A stretch of 64,000 nucleotides of DNA from Candidatus Woesearchaeota archaeon (lineage in GTDB: Archaea; Nanobdellota; Nanobdellia; Pacearchaeales; GW2011-AR1): assembly GCA_964578845.1 (NCBI GenBank), contig CAZOEF010000003.1, forward strand, positions 74,137-138,136, read 5' to 3'. The notes beneath the pieces are model-generated. The model worked only from the letters and a program-made list of their open reading frames with translations, ran no database searches and had not been told where the DNA came from. Numbering within the stretch: the stretch's first letter is position 1; every line of letters begins with the position of its first letter. Position numbers and translations under genes: made by a program. This document shows positions 34,693 through 43,956 of the stretch, piece by piece.

Positions 34693-35994
34693 TCATAATA
34701 ATTCTGCTCCTTCAATATCATTCACATTTTTACCGTTAAGGAAATTAAGATATTCTAAAGTACCTAAAGGGACTTCCTGACTATATCCCTCAACATGGCT
34801 AACAATAAACACTCCGTTCACTATTTCACTATCTAAAGGAATGCCTAGATTATAATTCCCTTGATCATTATATCTCAGGAAATATTGATTAGTTCCGCTG
34901 TCAAAATCATACCTATGTTTGATAAATATTTTTGTATCTTCACCGTTATAATAGATAAGATGTATATCCTGGTCATATTCTGTTATTTCATAATTATCAA
35001 GAATTAGCTCCTTTGGTATTTCAGGCATTGTTTCGTTAAATGGAAGTGGCTCGCTAATTTTTTTATCTACTTCCTGATCAAGGAACATCACTAGCTTTCC
35101 GTCCCTCTTCTCAACATCAACAGTGACAGTTCTTGGCTGGTCGCTTCTCTTGTCTTTATAGGGCACATCTAAAGTAGTATGGTCTGCTCCTCCTTTTAAG
35201 ATTGAATCTCTAACGCTTGATATATAATTAATGACCTCAGTATATATCATTTCAGTTTTATCAATTTTTTTTGATGCTCCGGAGTCCATACAATGATATA
35301 AGACATTATCTGCAGTCAACAATAATCCTCCTTCCTTGTATAGTTTTTTTTGGGATGTTATTGCCCCATTATCGTGATAGATAACCTCGTCAAATGAAAA
35401 TGACCCTCCGCTCCAATAATTCTCATTAACCGCCATGAAATAGACAATTGCTGCCCCTTTTTTTTCACCATCTCTTCCGCATCTTATGGAGTCTGCCTCG
35501 AAATCATCCCCTATAAAGCCAAATATAATTGGCCTCAATATATGTTCAACTCCGTTAATCTCAATGTAGCTGTCTTCTAAGAAAAGAGGAACTATAGGAA
35601 GGCCTATTTCGTAAAAATGCTCTTCATTAAGATCCCCAATTCCTTTATAGCTCCACCTTATAGTGTCAAAATACCACTCATTTATTGCGTTCTTTACCTC
35701 TTCTCCATTCAAAACCTTGTCATTAAGTATTACATCTTCTTCAGTAGGAAAAGTCACAAATTCTTGCCCATCATAGAATTCCAAAGTATCACTGATGACA
35801 TCATACCTCAATAGTTCAGGGCCATCAACACTAGTTCGAGTATCAGTAAAACCCGGAATATTGTCAATTAAATTTCTGACAAAACTTTCACCTCCTAAGG
35901 CATTATCTGCGACGCCCAATATTAGAATTAACACTGCTATTGCTATTACAGCTTTAGTCATATTGCTAACTCCTTCATTCCCCTTTCGATTCAT
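34693..35994 (-). CDS. large pilin-like/tip-candidate protein (433 aa)
   Basis: MNRKGNEGVSNMTKAVIAIAVLILILGV, then a large globular region. It has an ATGA overlap with the upstream mini-pilin. Confidence 0.6.
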   Translation of the reverse strand: MNRKGNEGVSNMTKAVIAIAVLILILGVADNALGGESFVRNLIDNIPGFTDTRTSVDGPELLRYDVISDTLEFYDGQEFVTFPTEEDVILNDKVLNGEEVKNAINEWYFDTIRWSYKGIGDLNEEHFYEIGLPIVPLFLEDSYIEINGVEHILRPIIFGFIGDDFEADSIRCGRDGEKKGAAIVYFMAVNENYWSGGSFSFDEVIYHDNGAITSQKKLYKEGGLLLTADNVLYHCMDSGASKKIDKTEMIYTEVINYISSVRDSILKGGADHTTLDVPYKDKRSDQPRTVTVDVEKRDGKLVMFLDQEVDKKISEPLPFNETMPEIPKELILDNYEITEYDQDIHLIYYNGEDTKIFIKHRYDFDSGTNQYFLRYNDQGNYNLGIPLDSEIVNGVFIVSHVEGYSQEVPLGTLEYLNFLNGKNVNDIEGAELL

Positions 35995-36140
35995 CTAAAC
36001 CTCATCAAATTCTTGAAGAATTCTATCGCCCCGCTTCCTTTATCGCTCAATACTGCATATAATATGATTACAAAGACCAATAAGACTATTGCTATTATCC
36101 AGGGTATCAAAGTCTCCCACATCTGGCCTCTTTTCTTCAT
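35991..36140 (-). CDS. minimal pilin-like protein (49 aa: signal plus helix only), first gene of the pilin operon
   Basis: The start is reset to MKKRGQMWETLIPWIIAIVLLVFVIILYAVL (ATG 36138-36140). Confidence 0.5.
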   Translation of the reverse strand: MKKRGQMWETLIPWIIAIVLLVFVIILYAVLSDKGSGAIEFFKNLMRFR

Positions 36141-36216
36141 ATTAAACATAAAATTCCATAAATTATAAACCTTTATAACTTTCTTCTTCCTTTTTAAAAT
36201 AAACAAGAGGTGAATA

Positions 36217-38376
36217 ATGCCAACAACAGATGAAATAATAGCTAAGTACGGTCAGAAAATAGACAAGCAACTTAATTCTTACTCTCCGCAGTCTTCTGGA
36301 TCATATTCTAGGGAATATATACAGTTCAAGCAGGATATGCTTCCAGAGATGTCTAGATACAAGCGCTGGACGCAGACATTAGGTAATCTAGTCAAGGTAA
36401 AAGTCTCTCCAAAAGAGAGCACAAAAATACAAAGGCAGTTAGACATAGCTCATTTAGACATAACTCCTAGCCAGGTAGTAACTTTAGCATTGTTCTCCAT
36501 GTTAGGGGTTTTCTTCCTTACAATAATGTCAGCAGTTGCGATATTCTTGATAAATGGCTCTGTCCAGATCTTGTTCTCTTTCCTTGGGCTGATGGCAAGT
36601 ATGTTTGTTTTCTATTATGCTTACTCAGCTCCAAAACGTTTAGCTAATATCTGGAGATTAAAGGCATCCTCCCAAATGGTTCCTGCAATACTGTATGTAG
36701 TCGTCTATATGAAACATACTTCGAACTTAGAAAGGGCTATTCAGTTCGCTTCACAGCATCTTGATTCTCCTTTAGCACTGGATTTCAGGAAAGTTTTCTA
36801 CGATGTTGAGGTGGGAAAATTCTCCACGATAAAACAGTCGCTTGATTCATATTTGCAGACATGGAGAGATTATGCTCCTGAATTTATCGAAGCGTTCCAC
36901 TTAATAGAATCCAGTTTATTTGAACCTTCAGAAGCGCAAAGAGTAGCAATTCTGGAAAAATCCCTTCAGGTGATTCTAGACGGAGTTTATGAAAAAATGT
37001 TGAAATACTCCAGGGAGATAAGAAGCCCTCTTACTAATATCTACATGTTAGGAATAATTCTTCCTACATTGGGCTTGGCTCTTTTGCCATTAGCATCCAC
37101 CCTACTAGGTGGGGCAATACAATGGCAGCACGTCTTCATCTTCTTCAATATAATAATACCTTTCTTTGTTTATTATATGACTTCAGAAGTCCTGTTAAAA
37201 AGGCCTGGAGGATACGGAGAGACTTCTGTGCTAGAGTTAAATCCTGATTATCCTAAATTCATCTCTAAAAAACCATGGATGATTTCACTAATGATAGCAT
37301 TGCCATTATTGATAATTGGGCTCCTTCCATTTTTATTGCAGGTAGATTTCCTTACTTCAGCCCTGAATCTTAAGAGTGATTACACATTCGCAGAACTGAA
37401 TATTCCATTCTTCGAAGATTTGTTGATTTTCGATTTCAAGACCCTAGATAGCGGGTCTCAAGTAGGGCCGTTCGGCCCTGTAGGAGTATTACTAAGCTTA
37501 TTCATTCCACTATCTATAGGAATGTTCTTCGCTATATCTTACAAGATGAAAACAAAAGAATTGATCAGGTCACGTTCACAGACAAAAGAGCTTGAGAATG
37601 AATTCACTACCTCGCTTTTCCAGTTAGGAAATCGTTTAGGCGATGGGACTCCAGCAGAAATTGCGTTTGCAAAGGTCTCAGAATCCACTCAAGGACAAAG
37701 AACACAGAATTTCTTTGCATTAGTCAATCAAAACATCCAGCAGTTCGGCATGTCTGTGGAAAATGCTATATTTAATCCGCAAAGAGGGGCTATCGTCTAT
37801 TATCCTTCTGCATTGATCTCAACTAGTATGAGAATACTTGTTGAATCTGTAAAGAAAGGCCTTCAGGTTGCTGCTCGCTCACTTATGTCAATATCAGAAT
37901 ATGTCAAGAACATCAGGAAAATAAATGAGCGCCTTCGTGATCTCTTGGCGGAAATAGTTTCTGACATGAAGTCAAATATGACTTTCCTCGCCCCATTATT
38001 AGCAGGAATCGTTGTAGGCTTGGCATCAATGATCACTACAATACTGAACAAATTAGAATCTTTGACTGCTGCAGGGATAGGCTCTGCGGATCTGGCAGGT
38101 TTTGGGAATATTGGTTCTATAACCAATATCTTCCAGGTCACTACCATGATCCCGCCATTCTTCATACAGGCCTCAATCGGTCTATATATAGTTGAAATAA
38201 TATTCATTCTCACAACAGCCTTAGTAACAGTTGATGCAGGAAAAGATACCTTGCAGGAAAAACACGAGCTTGCAAAAAACCTTAAGAAGGGAATGTTCCT
38301 ATATCTATTAACAGCATTATTTGCGACATTGTCTCTGTCAATACTCGCTAATGTTGCAATAGGAGGACTAGGTTGA
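36217..38376 (+). CDS. PilC/FlaJ/TadC-like polytopic platform protein (two T2SS-F-like cytoplasmic domains)
   Basis: 719 aa. Two helical cytoplasmic modules are present (ERAIQFASQHLDSPLALDFRKVFYDVEVGKFS...; ELENEFTTSLFQLGNRLGDGTPAEIAF...), each followed by TM clusters. A GAGGTGA Shine-Dalgarno lies 5 nt before the ATG. Confidence 0.7.
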   Translation: MPTTDEIIAKYGQKIDKQLNSYSPQSSGSYSREYIQFKQDMLPEMSRYKRWTQTLGNLVKVKVSPKESTKIQRQLDIAHLDITPSQVVTLALFSMLGVFFLTIMSAVAIFLINGSVQILFSFLGLMASMFVFYYAYSAPKRLANIWRLKASSQMVPAILYVVVYMKHTSNLERAIQFASQHLDSPLALDFRKVFYDVEVGKFSTIKQSLDSYLQTWRDYAPEFIEAFHLIESSLFEPSEAQRVAILEKSLQVILDGVYEKMLKYSREIRSPLTNIYMLGIILPTLGLALLPLASTLLGGAIQWQHVFIFFNIIIPFFVYYMTSEVLLKRPGGYGETSVLELNPDYPKFISKKPWMISLMIALPLLIIGLLPFLLQVDFLTSALNLKSDYTFAELNIPFFEDLLIFDFKTLDSGSQVGPFGPVGVLLSLFIPLSIGMFFAISYKMKTKELIRSRSQTKELENEFTTSLFQLGNRLGDGTPAEIAFAKVSESTQGQRTQNFFALVNQNIQQFGMSVENAIFNPQRGAIVYYPSALISTSMRILVESVKKGLQVAARSLMSISEYVKNIRKINERLRDLLAEIVSDMKSNMTFLAPLLAGIVVGLASMITTILNKLESLTAAGIGSADLAGFGNIGSITNIFQVTTMIPPFFIQASIGLYIVEIIFILTTALVTVDAGKDTLQEKHELAKNLKKGMFLYLLTALFATLSLSILANVAIGGLG

Positions 38377-39323
38377 TGCTAAAATTATTCCCGAAAATAA
38401 AGCCTTATAACGAAGGATATCTGAAAGTATCACCTCTTCACACATTGCATTATGAAGAAGTGGGCAACCCAAAAGGCAGGCCAGTTATATTCCTGCACGG
38501 AGGCCCTGGTGTTGGAATAATCCCTGGATATAGAAGATTTTTTGATCCAAAATTCTACCGAGTTATATTACTAGACCAAAGAGGATCAGGCAAATCAACC
38601 CCGTTCTCAGAATTAAAGGATAATAATACAAAAAACCTTGTAGATGATCTTGAAAAGCTAAAAAATCATTTAGGCATAAAAGAAAAATGGATAGTCACAG
38701 GCGGAAGCTGGGGAAGCACATTAGCTCTGATGTATGCAATAAAATATCCCGAAAGCGTTAAAGGAATAATAATCCGCGGGGTATTCTTAGGAAGGAGAAA
38801 AGAAATCTACTGGTTGACTAAGCCAGGAGGAGCTTCAGAGATCTGGCCAGACGAATGGGAAAAATTCATTTCAATTGTTCCTAAAAAAGAATTAAGTAAT
38901 ATTCCTAAAGCGTATTATAAGATGCTTAATTCCAATGACAAAAAAACCGTGGAAAAAGCCGTCAGGCATTGGGGCGCATGGGAAGGGACAATAATGAATC
39001 TTGTTCCTGAAAAAGAATCTTTATTCGACATGCATAAGGAAGAATCATTCGCGAAAATAGAATCATATTACACAATAAACAATTTCTTCATCAATCCTGA
39101 GAACTACATCCTGAATAATATAAAGAAAATAAAAGATATTCCATTGACAATTGTCCAGGGAAGATATGACACTATCTGCCCTGCTGCTTCAGCTTATGAT
39201 CTGCATAAAGCGCACAAAAAATCTAAATTAGTGATAGTCCCGACAGGAAGCCATTCGCCTTTGGAACCTGCTATGATAAATGAACTGGAAAAAGCAGGGG
39301 AAGATTTCAAAAGGCTCTATTGA
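38376..39323 (+). CDS. pip: proline iminopeptidase (S33 alpha/beta hydrolase)
   Basis: PVIFLHGGPGVG, LDQRGSGKSTP and the nucleophile elbow GGSWGSTLA. The ATG overlaps the pilC-like stop by 1 nt; the track start at 38373 is a TTG. Confidence 0.85.
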   Translation: MLKLFPKIKPYNEGYLKVSPLHTLHYEEVGNPKGRPVIFLHGGPGVGIIPGYRRFFDPKFYRVILLDQRGSGKSTPFSELKDNNTKNLVDDLEKLKNHLGIKEKWIVTGGSWGSTLALMYAIKYPESVKGIIIRGVFLGRRKEIYWLTKPGGASEIWPDEWEKFISIVPKKELSNIPKAYYKMLNSNDKKTVEKAVRHWGAWEGTIMNLVPEKESLFDMHKEESFAKIESYYTINNFFINPENYILNNIKKIKDIPLTIVQGRYDTICPAASAYDLHKAHKKSKLVIVPTGSHSPLEPAMINELEKAGEDFKRLY

Positions 39324-39610
39324 TTCCTCTTCAGGAAAAATATTATCAATAATCCGACAATAATCATCACTGCTAATATCACGCCAAAGAATAATATCCC
39401 TCCAAAATCTTCATATGCTCCATCAGCGTCGATAGTGCTGTCATTTTTCTCATCTAGCACTCCGAAAGGATTGTCAAGGAAATTTCCCAAGAATGCAAAG
39501 AAATCCTTCACAGAAATATCCTCTGCAAAAACAGGTTTTGCGACAGAAAAATAGACCAGCAAAGCAAGAATCAGCACGATCAGAATAAAAAATACTTTGG
39601 CCTTACCCAA
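39317..39610 (-). CDS. 97-aa TM-hairpin protein coupled to the pilus ATPase
   Basis: It overlaps the ATPase 3' end by 8 nt. VYFSVAKPVFAEDISV ... IIFFLKRNQ resembles 41929..42117 (VYFSISSFTGYIVAEDVS ... YFLLKR). Confidence 0.5.
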   Translation of the reverse strand: MGKAKVFFILIVLILALLVYFSVAKPVFAEDISVKDFFAFLGNFLDNPFGVLDEKNDSTIDADGAYEDFGGILFFGVILAVMIIVGLLIIFFLKRNQ

Positions 39611-41885
39611 TTTTCTTCACCTTCTCATTCAGCCACTTCTTCCATTGCGGAAATACTCTCTCAGAACTTGGCAGCCCTATCTCATTAGTTACCTCATCAC
39701 TTATCTTATGGAAAGCATCGTTAGATAATGAATTGAATTTAGCTTCCAATAGCTCAGGCATCTTTAGTTTTCTAGCAATATCTACTATCTCTTGTTTTAT
39801 CTTTCCCCTTAGAATAATATTATCATAGACTGCATCCCAGTTTCCAGCCCATCCCTTAACATTTCCAGCTATGTCTTTCACAATCTCTGAGTCACCATTT
39901 ATTAAGTCTTCAGTAGGCTCAAGCTCATCTTTTTCAACATTGTATTTTAATAAGTCAACAAATCCTTTCTCTTCCAGTGGGTCATGAGTCCAATGTTTTC
40001 TCACCTCTGCTAACTGTAGCATTCTTTTCTTTGAATGCAGCCCGTCAGGGGTCTTGATAGGATTAGCGACTAAGACTAAATCTGTAGCCTTGAAACTAGT
40101 CACTGGCACGTTTAAGTCGTTAACTACCCTGTCAAATACTCCATAAGGAGAAGCTCCGTGGATAGTTCCTGCAACTACATTAGCCAATGCTCCTACTCTC
40201 ATAGCTTCGTATAATGCTTTAGCTTCTTCACTTCTTACTTCTCCAACTATCAACGCAGAATCTCCAAGCCTTAAACTGGTCCTTATTCCCTCAGCTGCCT
40301 GCACTTCTGTAGTTGTTTCTAAAAGCGCGCTCCTGACCTTCAATCTCTGCACATTATAGCCTACCTTTCTAAGTGCATCTACAGGCAATTCTAAAGTATC
40401 CTCAATGACTAAAGTCCTTATTTTAGGCATTATCTCTAGCATCAGGCTTCCTAATAATGAAGTCTTTCCAGAGCTTCTTGTCCCTGCGATCAATAAAGTC
40501 CTTCCCCCGTCAACCATGAAGCTGAGAAGCCCTGCAGTGAAGGAATTGATCATTTTATTATCTATGAATAAAGGCAATGTCCAAGGATCATCCCTGTGCC
40601 TCCTTAAAGCATAAGCCACTCCATTAGGTGAAAGTGGCTGCTGTATTGCTGCGACTCTTGCCCTGACTTTTCCAAAAGTTAAGTCTGTGTCCAGAATAGG
40701 GTTTGCTTCGTCCAGTGGCCTTCCTGACTGCAGCCTTAATTTAGCAGCCCACGAATCAGCATCCTCATAGCTAGGCAATACATTAGTGACGCACTCTCCG
40801 TATTTCGCGTGCCTGACAAAAATAGGGTTTTGGGATATAGGTGAATTCAAATAAACATCCTGTAGATTAGTATCCATCAATAATACTTCAATAAGTCCGA
40901 AACCTATGGTCTGCCTGACTAATATCTTTGCTAAATTCTGAAGTTCCCTGTAGCTTAAATTTATTCCCTTGCTCTGTGAAAGCTCATTTAATAAATCCCT
41001 GGCAACATTAAAGAAAATATTCCTTACTCTTTCAGGATCAGTGAATTCTTCTGCTTTCGGCTCGTGCTGTATCAGGACATTTCTTCCAAGATTTAATAGC
41101 ATGTGATGCTCCTCACTTAAGCTATATTCTAAAGGCATAATATGGTAAAGGTACTTTGAATCTCCTTCTCTTTCAAGAATAGTCACTGTAATATCTTCAT
41201 CATCTATAGATATCTCATACTGGTCTATAAGCTCAGCATTCTCTGGGAGCTTTGCGACTAACCTTGTAAATGTAAAATTAGGCAAAATATCTGGCCTAAA
41301 TATAGAGCTATAAATGCTCCTGTCTCCTGCAGAGTAAGTGTCTACAAAATCAATTACTGAATTTATCAGTTTAGTCTTCTCAAGCAGCCTTTCAAATTTC
41401 TCAAGGAGCCTGATATATCCTTCAATTTTTGAGATATCTCCTGAAACAATATTGCTAGAGGATATTTCATTTTTATAAGCCCTTATCTTTCTCCTTAATT
41501 CTAAAAAGCTAGCTACCGGATCCTGCCTTAATAATGCTACTAAGTAAGTCAGTTCTGAATGTGCGAAATCAACATTCGCTAAATATGCCAATTTCTCAGG
41601 AGATAATATTCTCTCCTGTTTAATCAAAAAAGAATAAAGCTGGGCTATTTCAGCAAGCATGCTAACTTGGTTAAATGGATAATTATAATTCCTCTGCTGG
41701 ACAAATATTATCCTTGCCACATTAGGGTTATCGACTAATGCATCAATAGTTCTGCCCATCACTTCTGGAGAATCAGCTATGGAAGGGGTGAAGGAAGCGC
41801 CTAAATAATTAACATACATCAAGCTCTCGCTGGCTTTGTTCTCAACCTCTACTGAATACAAAGGAGAATTTGCCCTGAATACCAT
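39603..41885 (-). CDS. type II/IV secretion-family ATPase (PilB/FlaI/VirB11 class) with ~300-aa N-terminal extension
   Basis: 760 aa with Walker A AGTRSSGKTS, LVIEDTLEL and LIVGEVRSEEAKALYEAMRVG...AGTIHG. A GAGGTGA Shine-Dalgarno precedes the ATG. Confidence 0.85.
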   Translation of the reverse strand: MVFRANSPLYSVEVENKASESLMYVNYLGASFTPSIADSPEVMGRTIDALVDNPNVARIIFVQQRNYNYPFNQVSMLAEIAQLYSFLIKQERILSPEKLAYLANVDFAHSELTYLVALLRQDPVASFLELRRKIRAYKNEISSSNIVSGDISKIEGYIRLLEKFERLLEKTKLINSVIDFVDTYSAGDRSIYSSIFRPDILPNFTFTRLVAKLPENAELIDQYEISIDDEDITVTILEREGDSKYLYHIMPLEYSLSEEHHMLLNLGRNVLIQHEPKAEEFTDPERVRNIFFNVARDLLNELSQSKGINLSYRELQNLAKILVRQTIGFGLIEVLLMDTNLQDVYLNSPISQNPIFVRHAKYGECVTNVLPSYEDADSWAAKLRLQSGRPLDEANPILDTDLTFGKVRARVAAIQQPLSPNGVAYALRRHRDDPWTLPLFIDNKMINSFTAGLLSFMVDGGRTLLIAGTRSSGKTSLLGSLMLEIMPKIRTLVIEDTLELPVDALRKVGYNVQRLKVRSALLETTTEVQAAEGIRTSLRLGDSALIVGEVRSEEAKALYEAMRVGALANVVAGTIHGASPYGVFDRVVNDLNVPVTSFKATDLVLVANPIKTPDGLHSKKRMLQLAEVRKHWTHDPLEEKGFVDLLKYNVEKDELEPTEDLINGDSEIVKDIAGNVKGWAGNWDAVYDNIILRGKIKQEIVDIARKLKMPELLEAKFNSLSNDAFHKISDEVTNEIGLPSSERVFPQWKKWLNEKVKKIG

Positions 41886-41928
41886 TTAATCACCTCTTAA
41901 GGTTAAGTCGTGAGGATTAAATAGATTT

Positions 41929-42117
41929 CTATCTTTTCAGCAAAAAATAAGATCCGCTAAGTCCTGCCAAAAACAATACAATAGAAAGAATATTAGCGCC
42001 CTGTGAAACATCCTCGGCTACAATATATCCTGTAAAGCTAGATATTGAGAAATATACTGATCCTGCTAGTAATAGGACTACTAAAATTCCTAAAGGAACA
42101 TTAAGCTTTTTTCCCAT
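41929..42117 (-). CDS. 62-aa TM-hairpin protein (FTGYIV motif) upstream of the pilus ATPase
   Basis: MGKKLNVPLGILVVLLLAGSVYFSISSFTGYIVAEDVSQGANILSIVLFLAGLSGSYFLLKR is a paralog of 2142..2342. Confidence 0.5.
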   Translation of the reverse strand: MGKKLNVPLGILVVLLLAGSVYFSISSFTGYIVAEDVSQGANILSIVLFLAGLSGSYFLLKR

Positions 42118-42188
42118 AGGAAAATCAGAAAATTATTATTTAATAACTTTGCCATCAAAACTATTTTAAACTCCCTGCATCTTTATTT

Positions 42189-42500
42189 ATGATGGATGAA
42201 AATGCCGACAATCAGCAATATTTCTCTGACTTTTCAACCCGCCTTAGGGATCTTGAAGAGAAGCAAAGATTAGTCAAGGATAGGACATTATTGATTGGGC
42301 AGAACCTTGTCGAGAGCCGTGAGGAGCTCTTTAAAGAGATTCAGGAACTCAAAAAAACTACTTTAAAATTAAAAGAAGAGAATATAAAGATGAAGGAATT
42401 CATACAAAGAATAACAGAGCAGCTTTCAGAGACAGCAAGAAAAGAAGAGCTTATGATATTAAAGAGGCAGTTCGACATGATCGAACCTCATGTGAAATAA
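42189..42500 (+). CDS. 103-aa coiled-coil protein
   Basis: E/K/L-rich heptads. The next gene starts 1 nt after its stop. Confidence 0.5.
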   Translation: MMDENADNQQYFSDFSTRLRDLEEKQRLVKDRTLLIGQNLVESREELFKEIQELKKTTLKLKEENIKMKEFIQRITEQLSETARKEELMILKRQFDMIEPHVK

Positions 42501-42501
42501 T

Positions 42502-43347
42502 ATGTCAGTATTAGAAGATGTAAAATTGATGAAAAAACAGGGTTTGCCTGAGGAAGACATAGTCAAGACCTTGCAGCAGAAGGGAATTTCTTATAGGGAG
42601 ATTTCTGAGGCCATCTCTCAAAGTAAGATCCGTGCTGCTGTGGAAGAGCCTGCTAACGGTGATGATATCCCTAAATACAAACCTGAAACTTTCGACTCAT
42701 CAAAAGAGCAACAGCTGCAAGTACCTTCACCTGCTGACCCTAATAATTCCTTTCTAAATGCTCAAACCTCTGCAAGTCCTGAAACACAGCCCCTAATGAT
42801 GGACGAAGTGCCTCAGGAGGATTATGCACAGTACGAAAGGCCTGCGCAAGAATATTCCCCTCCTGCTCCGCAGCAAACTTTTTCTCAAGAGGCCCCACAG
42901 TTAGGAGAATATACTCCGTCAACTGGATATGATCAGGGTTATGATCAATCTCAATATGGAGCTTACTCAGGAGGAGGATCAGTAAGCCCTGACACTATAT
43001 CTGAGATATCTGAGCAGATAATTGCTGAAAAGATGATGGAAATAAGAAAGCACTTGACTAATGTTGCTGATTTTAAGACAAGATTAGAGGCAAAGACTGA
43101 GTCAATAGAAGAGCGCCTGAAAAGAATAGAAAAAGTAATAGATACTCTGCAATCTTCGGTATTAAGAAAAGTCGGAGATTACGTCACAAATGTTGATGAT
43201 ATCAAAAAAGAATTAATAGAGACCCAGAAAACGTTCTCTAAATTAGTACCAGAGATAAAAAAGCACGCATCTCATCCAGAACACAAAAAGCACGAGCATC
43301 ATTCTGAACATAAAGCTCATAAAAAGAGAACAAAGAAAAAAGATTGA
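42502..43347 (+). CDS. tripartite protein: small N-terminal helical domain, P/Q-rich linker, coiled coil, His/Lys tail
   Basis: 281 aa. The parts are MSVLEDVKLMKKQGLPEEDIVKTLQQKGISYREISEAI, low complexity, LEAKTESIEERLKRIEKVIDTLQSS and HPEHKKHEHHSEHKAHKKR. Confidence 0.5.
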   Translation: MSVLEDVKLMKKQGLPEEDIVKTLQQKGISYREISEAISQSKIRAAVEEPANGDDIPKYKPETFDSSKEQQLQVPSPADPNNSFLNAQTSASPETQPLMMDEVPQEDYAQYERPAQEYSPPAPQQTFSQEAPQLGEYTPSTGYDQGYDQSQYGAYSGGGSVSPDTISEISEQIIAEKMMEIRKHLTNVADFKTRLEAKTESIEERLKRIEKVIDTLQSSVLRKVGDYVTNVDDIKKELIETQKTFSKLVPEIKKHASHPEHKKHEHHSEHKAHKKRTKKKD

Positions 43348-43893
43348 TTACTTCTTCCCTGTATATTTGACTAATACAAAGAACACTATTGCAGCAACTA
43401 TCCCTAATATCAATGCTCCGCTTATTCCAGGTGAATATATCCAGCTTAAGAAGAACAATAATTCAGGGTCTCCTCTTGCGCCGAATGCTGGTCCTGGCAA
43501 GTAAGGGAATATAGATATTGAGAACACCTTGATTATGGAAATCAAAAAGACTATTCCAAGAAGAACTACAAATGTCCATCCTAGGCCTTTTCCTGCAATA
43601 TCTTCAGTTTTTCCAATAAATCCTGCGAACATCATTATGCAAAATAAGACAATTAATAGAACCGCAAACCAGGGGATTATCATCAGGACTAATTCATTGA
43701 TGCTTGCAGTAGAGACAAAAATAGTAGCTATTACAAAAGAGGCAAGTATTTGTACTAATTTCTCTTCGCCTAGAAGTTTGCTTTTCATAAGAATAGCGAA
43801 CACTACAACAAAGACTATAACAAAAGACCAGACAGGTCCTAAATATGCAACTGTTGAAAGGTCAACTGAATTTACTGTATTTCCATATGCCAT
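43348..43893 (-). CDS. polytopic membrane protein, tandem paralog 3 of 3
   Basis: FVIVFVVVFAILMKSKLLGEEK aligns with the same N-terminal motif in 43957..44532 and 44571..45080. Confidence 0.6.
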   Translation of the reverse strand: MAYGNTVNSVDLSTVAYLGPVWSFVIVFVVVFAILMKSKLLGEEKLVQILASFVIATIFVSTASINELVLMIIPWFAVLLIVLFCIMMFAGFIGKTEDIAGKGLGWTFVVLLGIVFLISIIKVFSISIFPYLPGPAFGARGDPELLFFLSWIYSPGISGALILGIVAAIVFFVLVKYTGKK

Positions 43894-43956
43894 AAAAAAT
43901 TGGCAAAATCTATGTATTTAAATCTTTCTATTTTGTTCTAACTTAGAAGTGACAAA

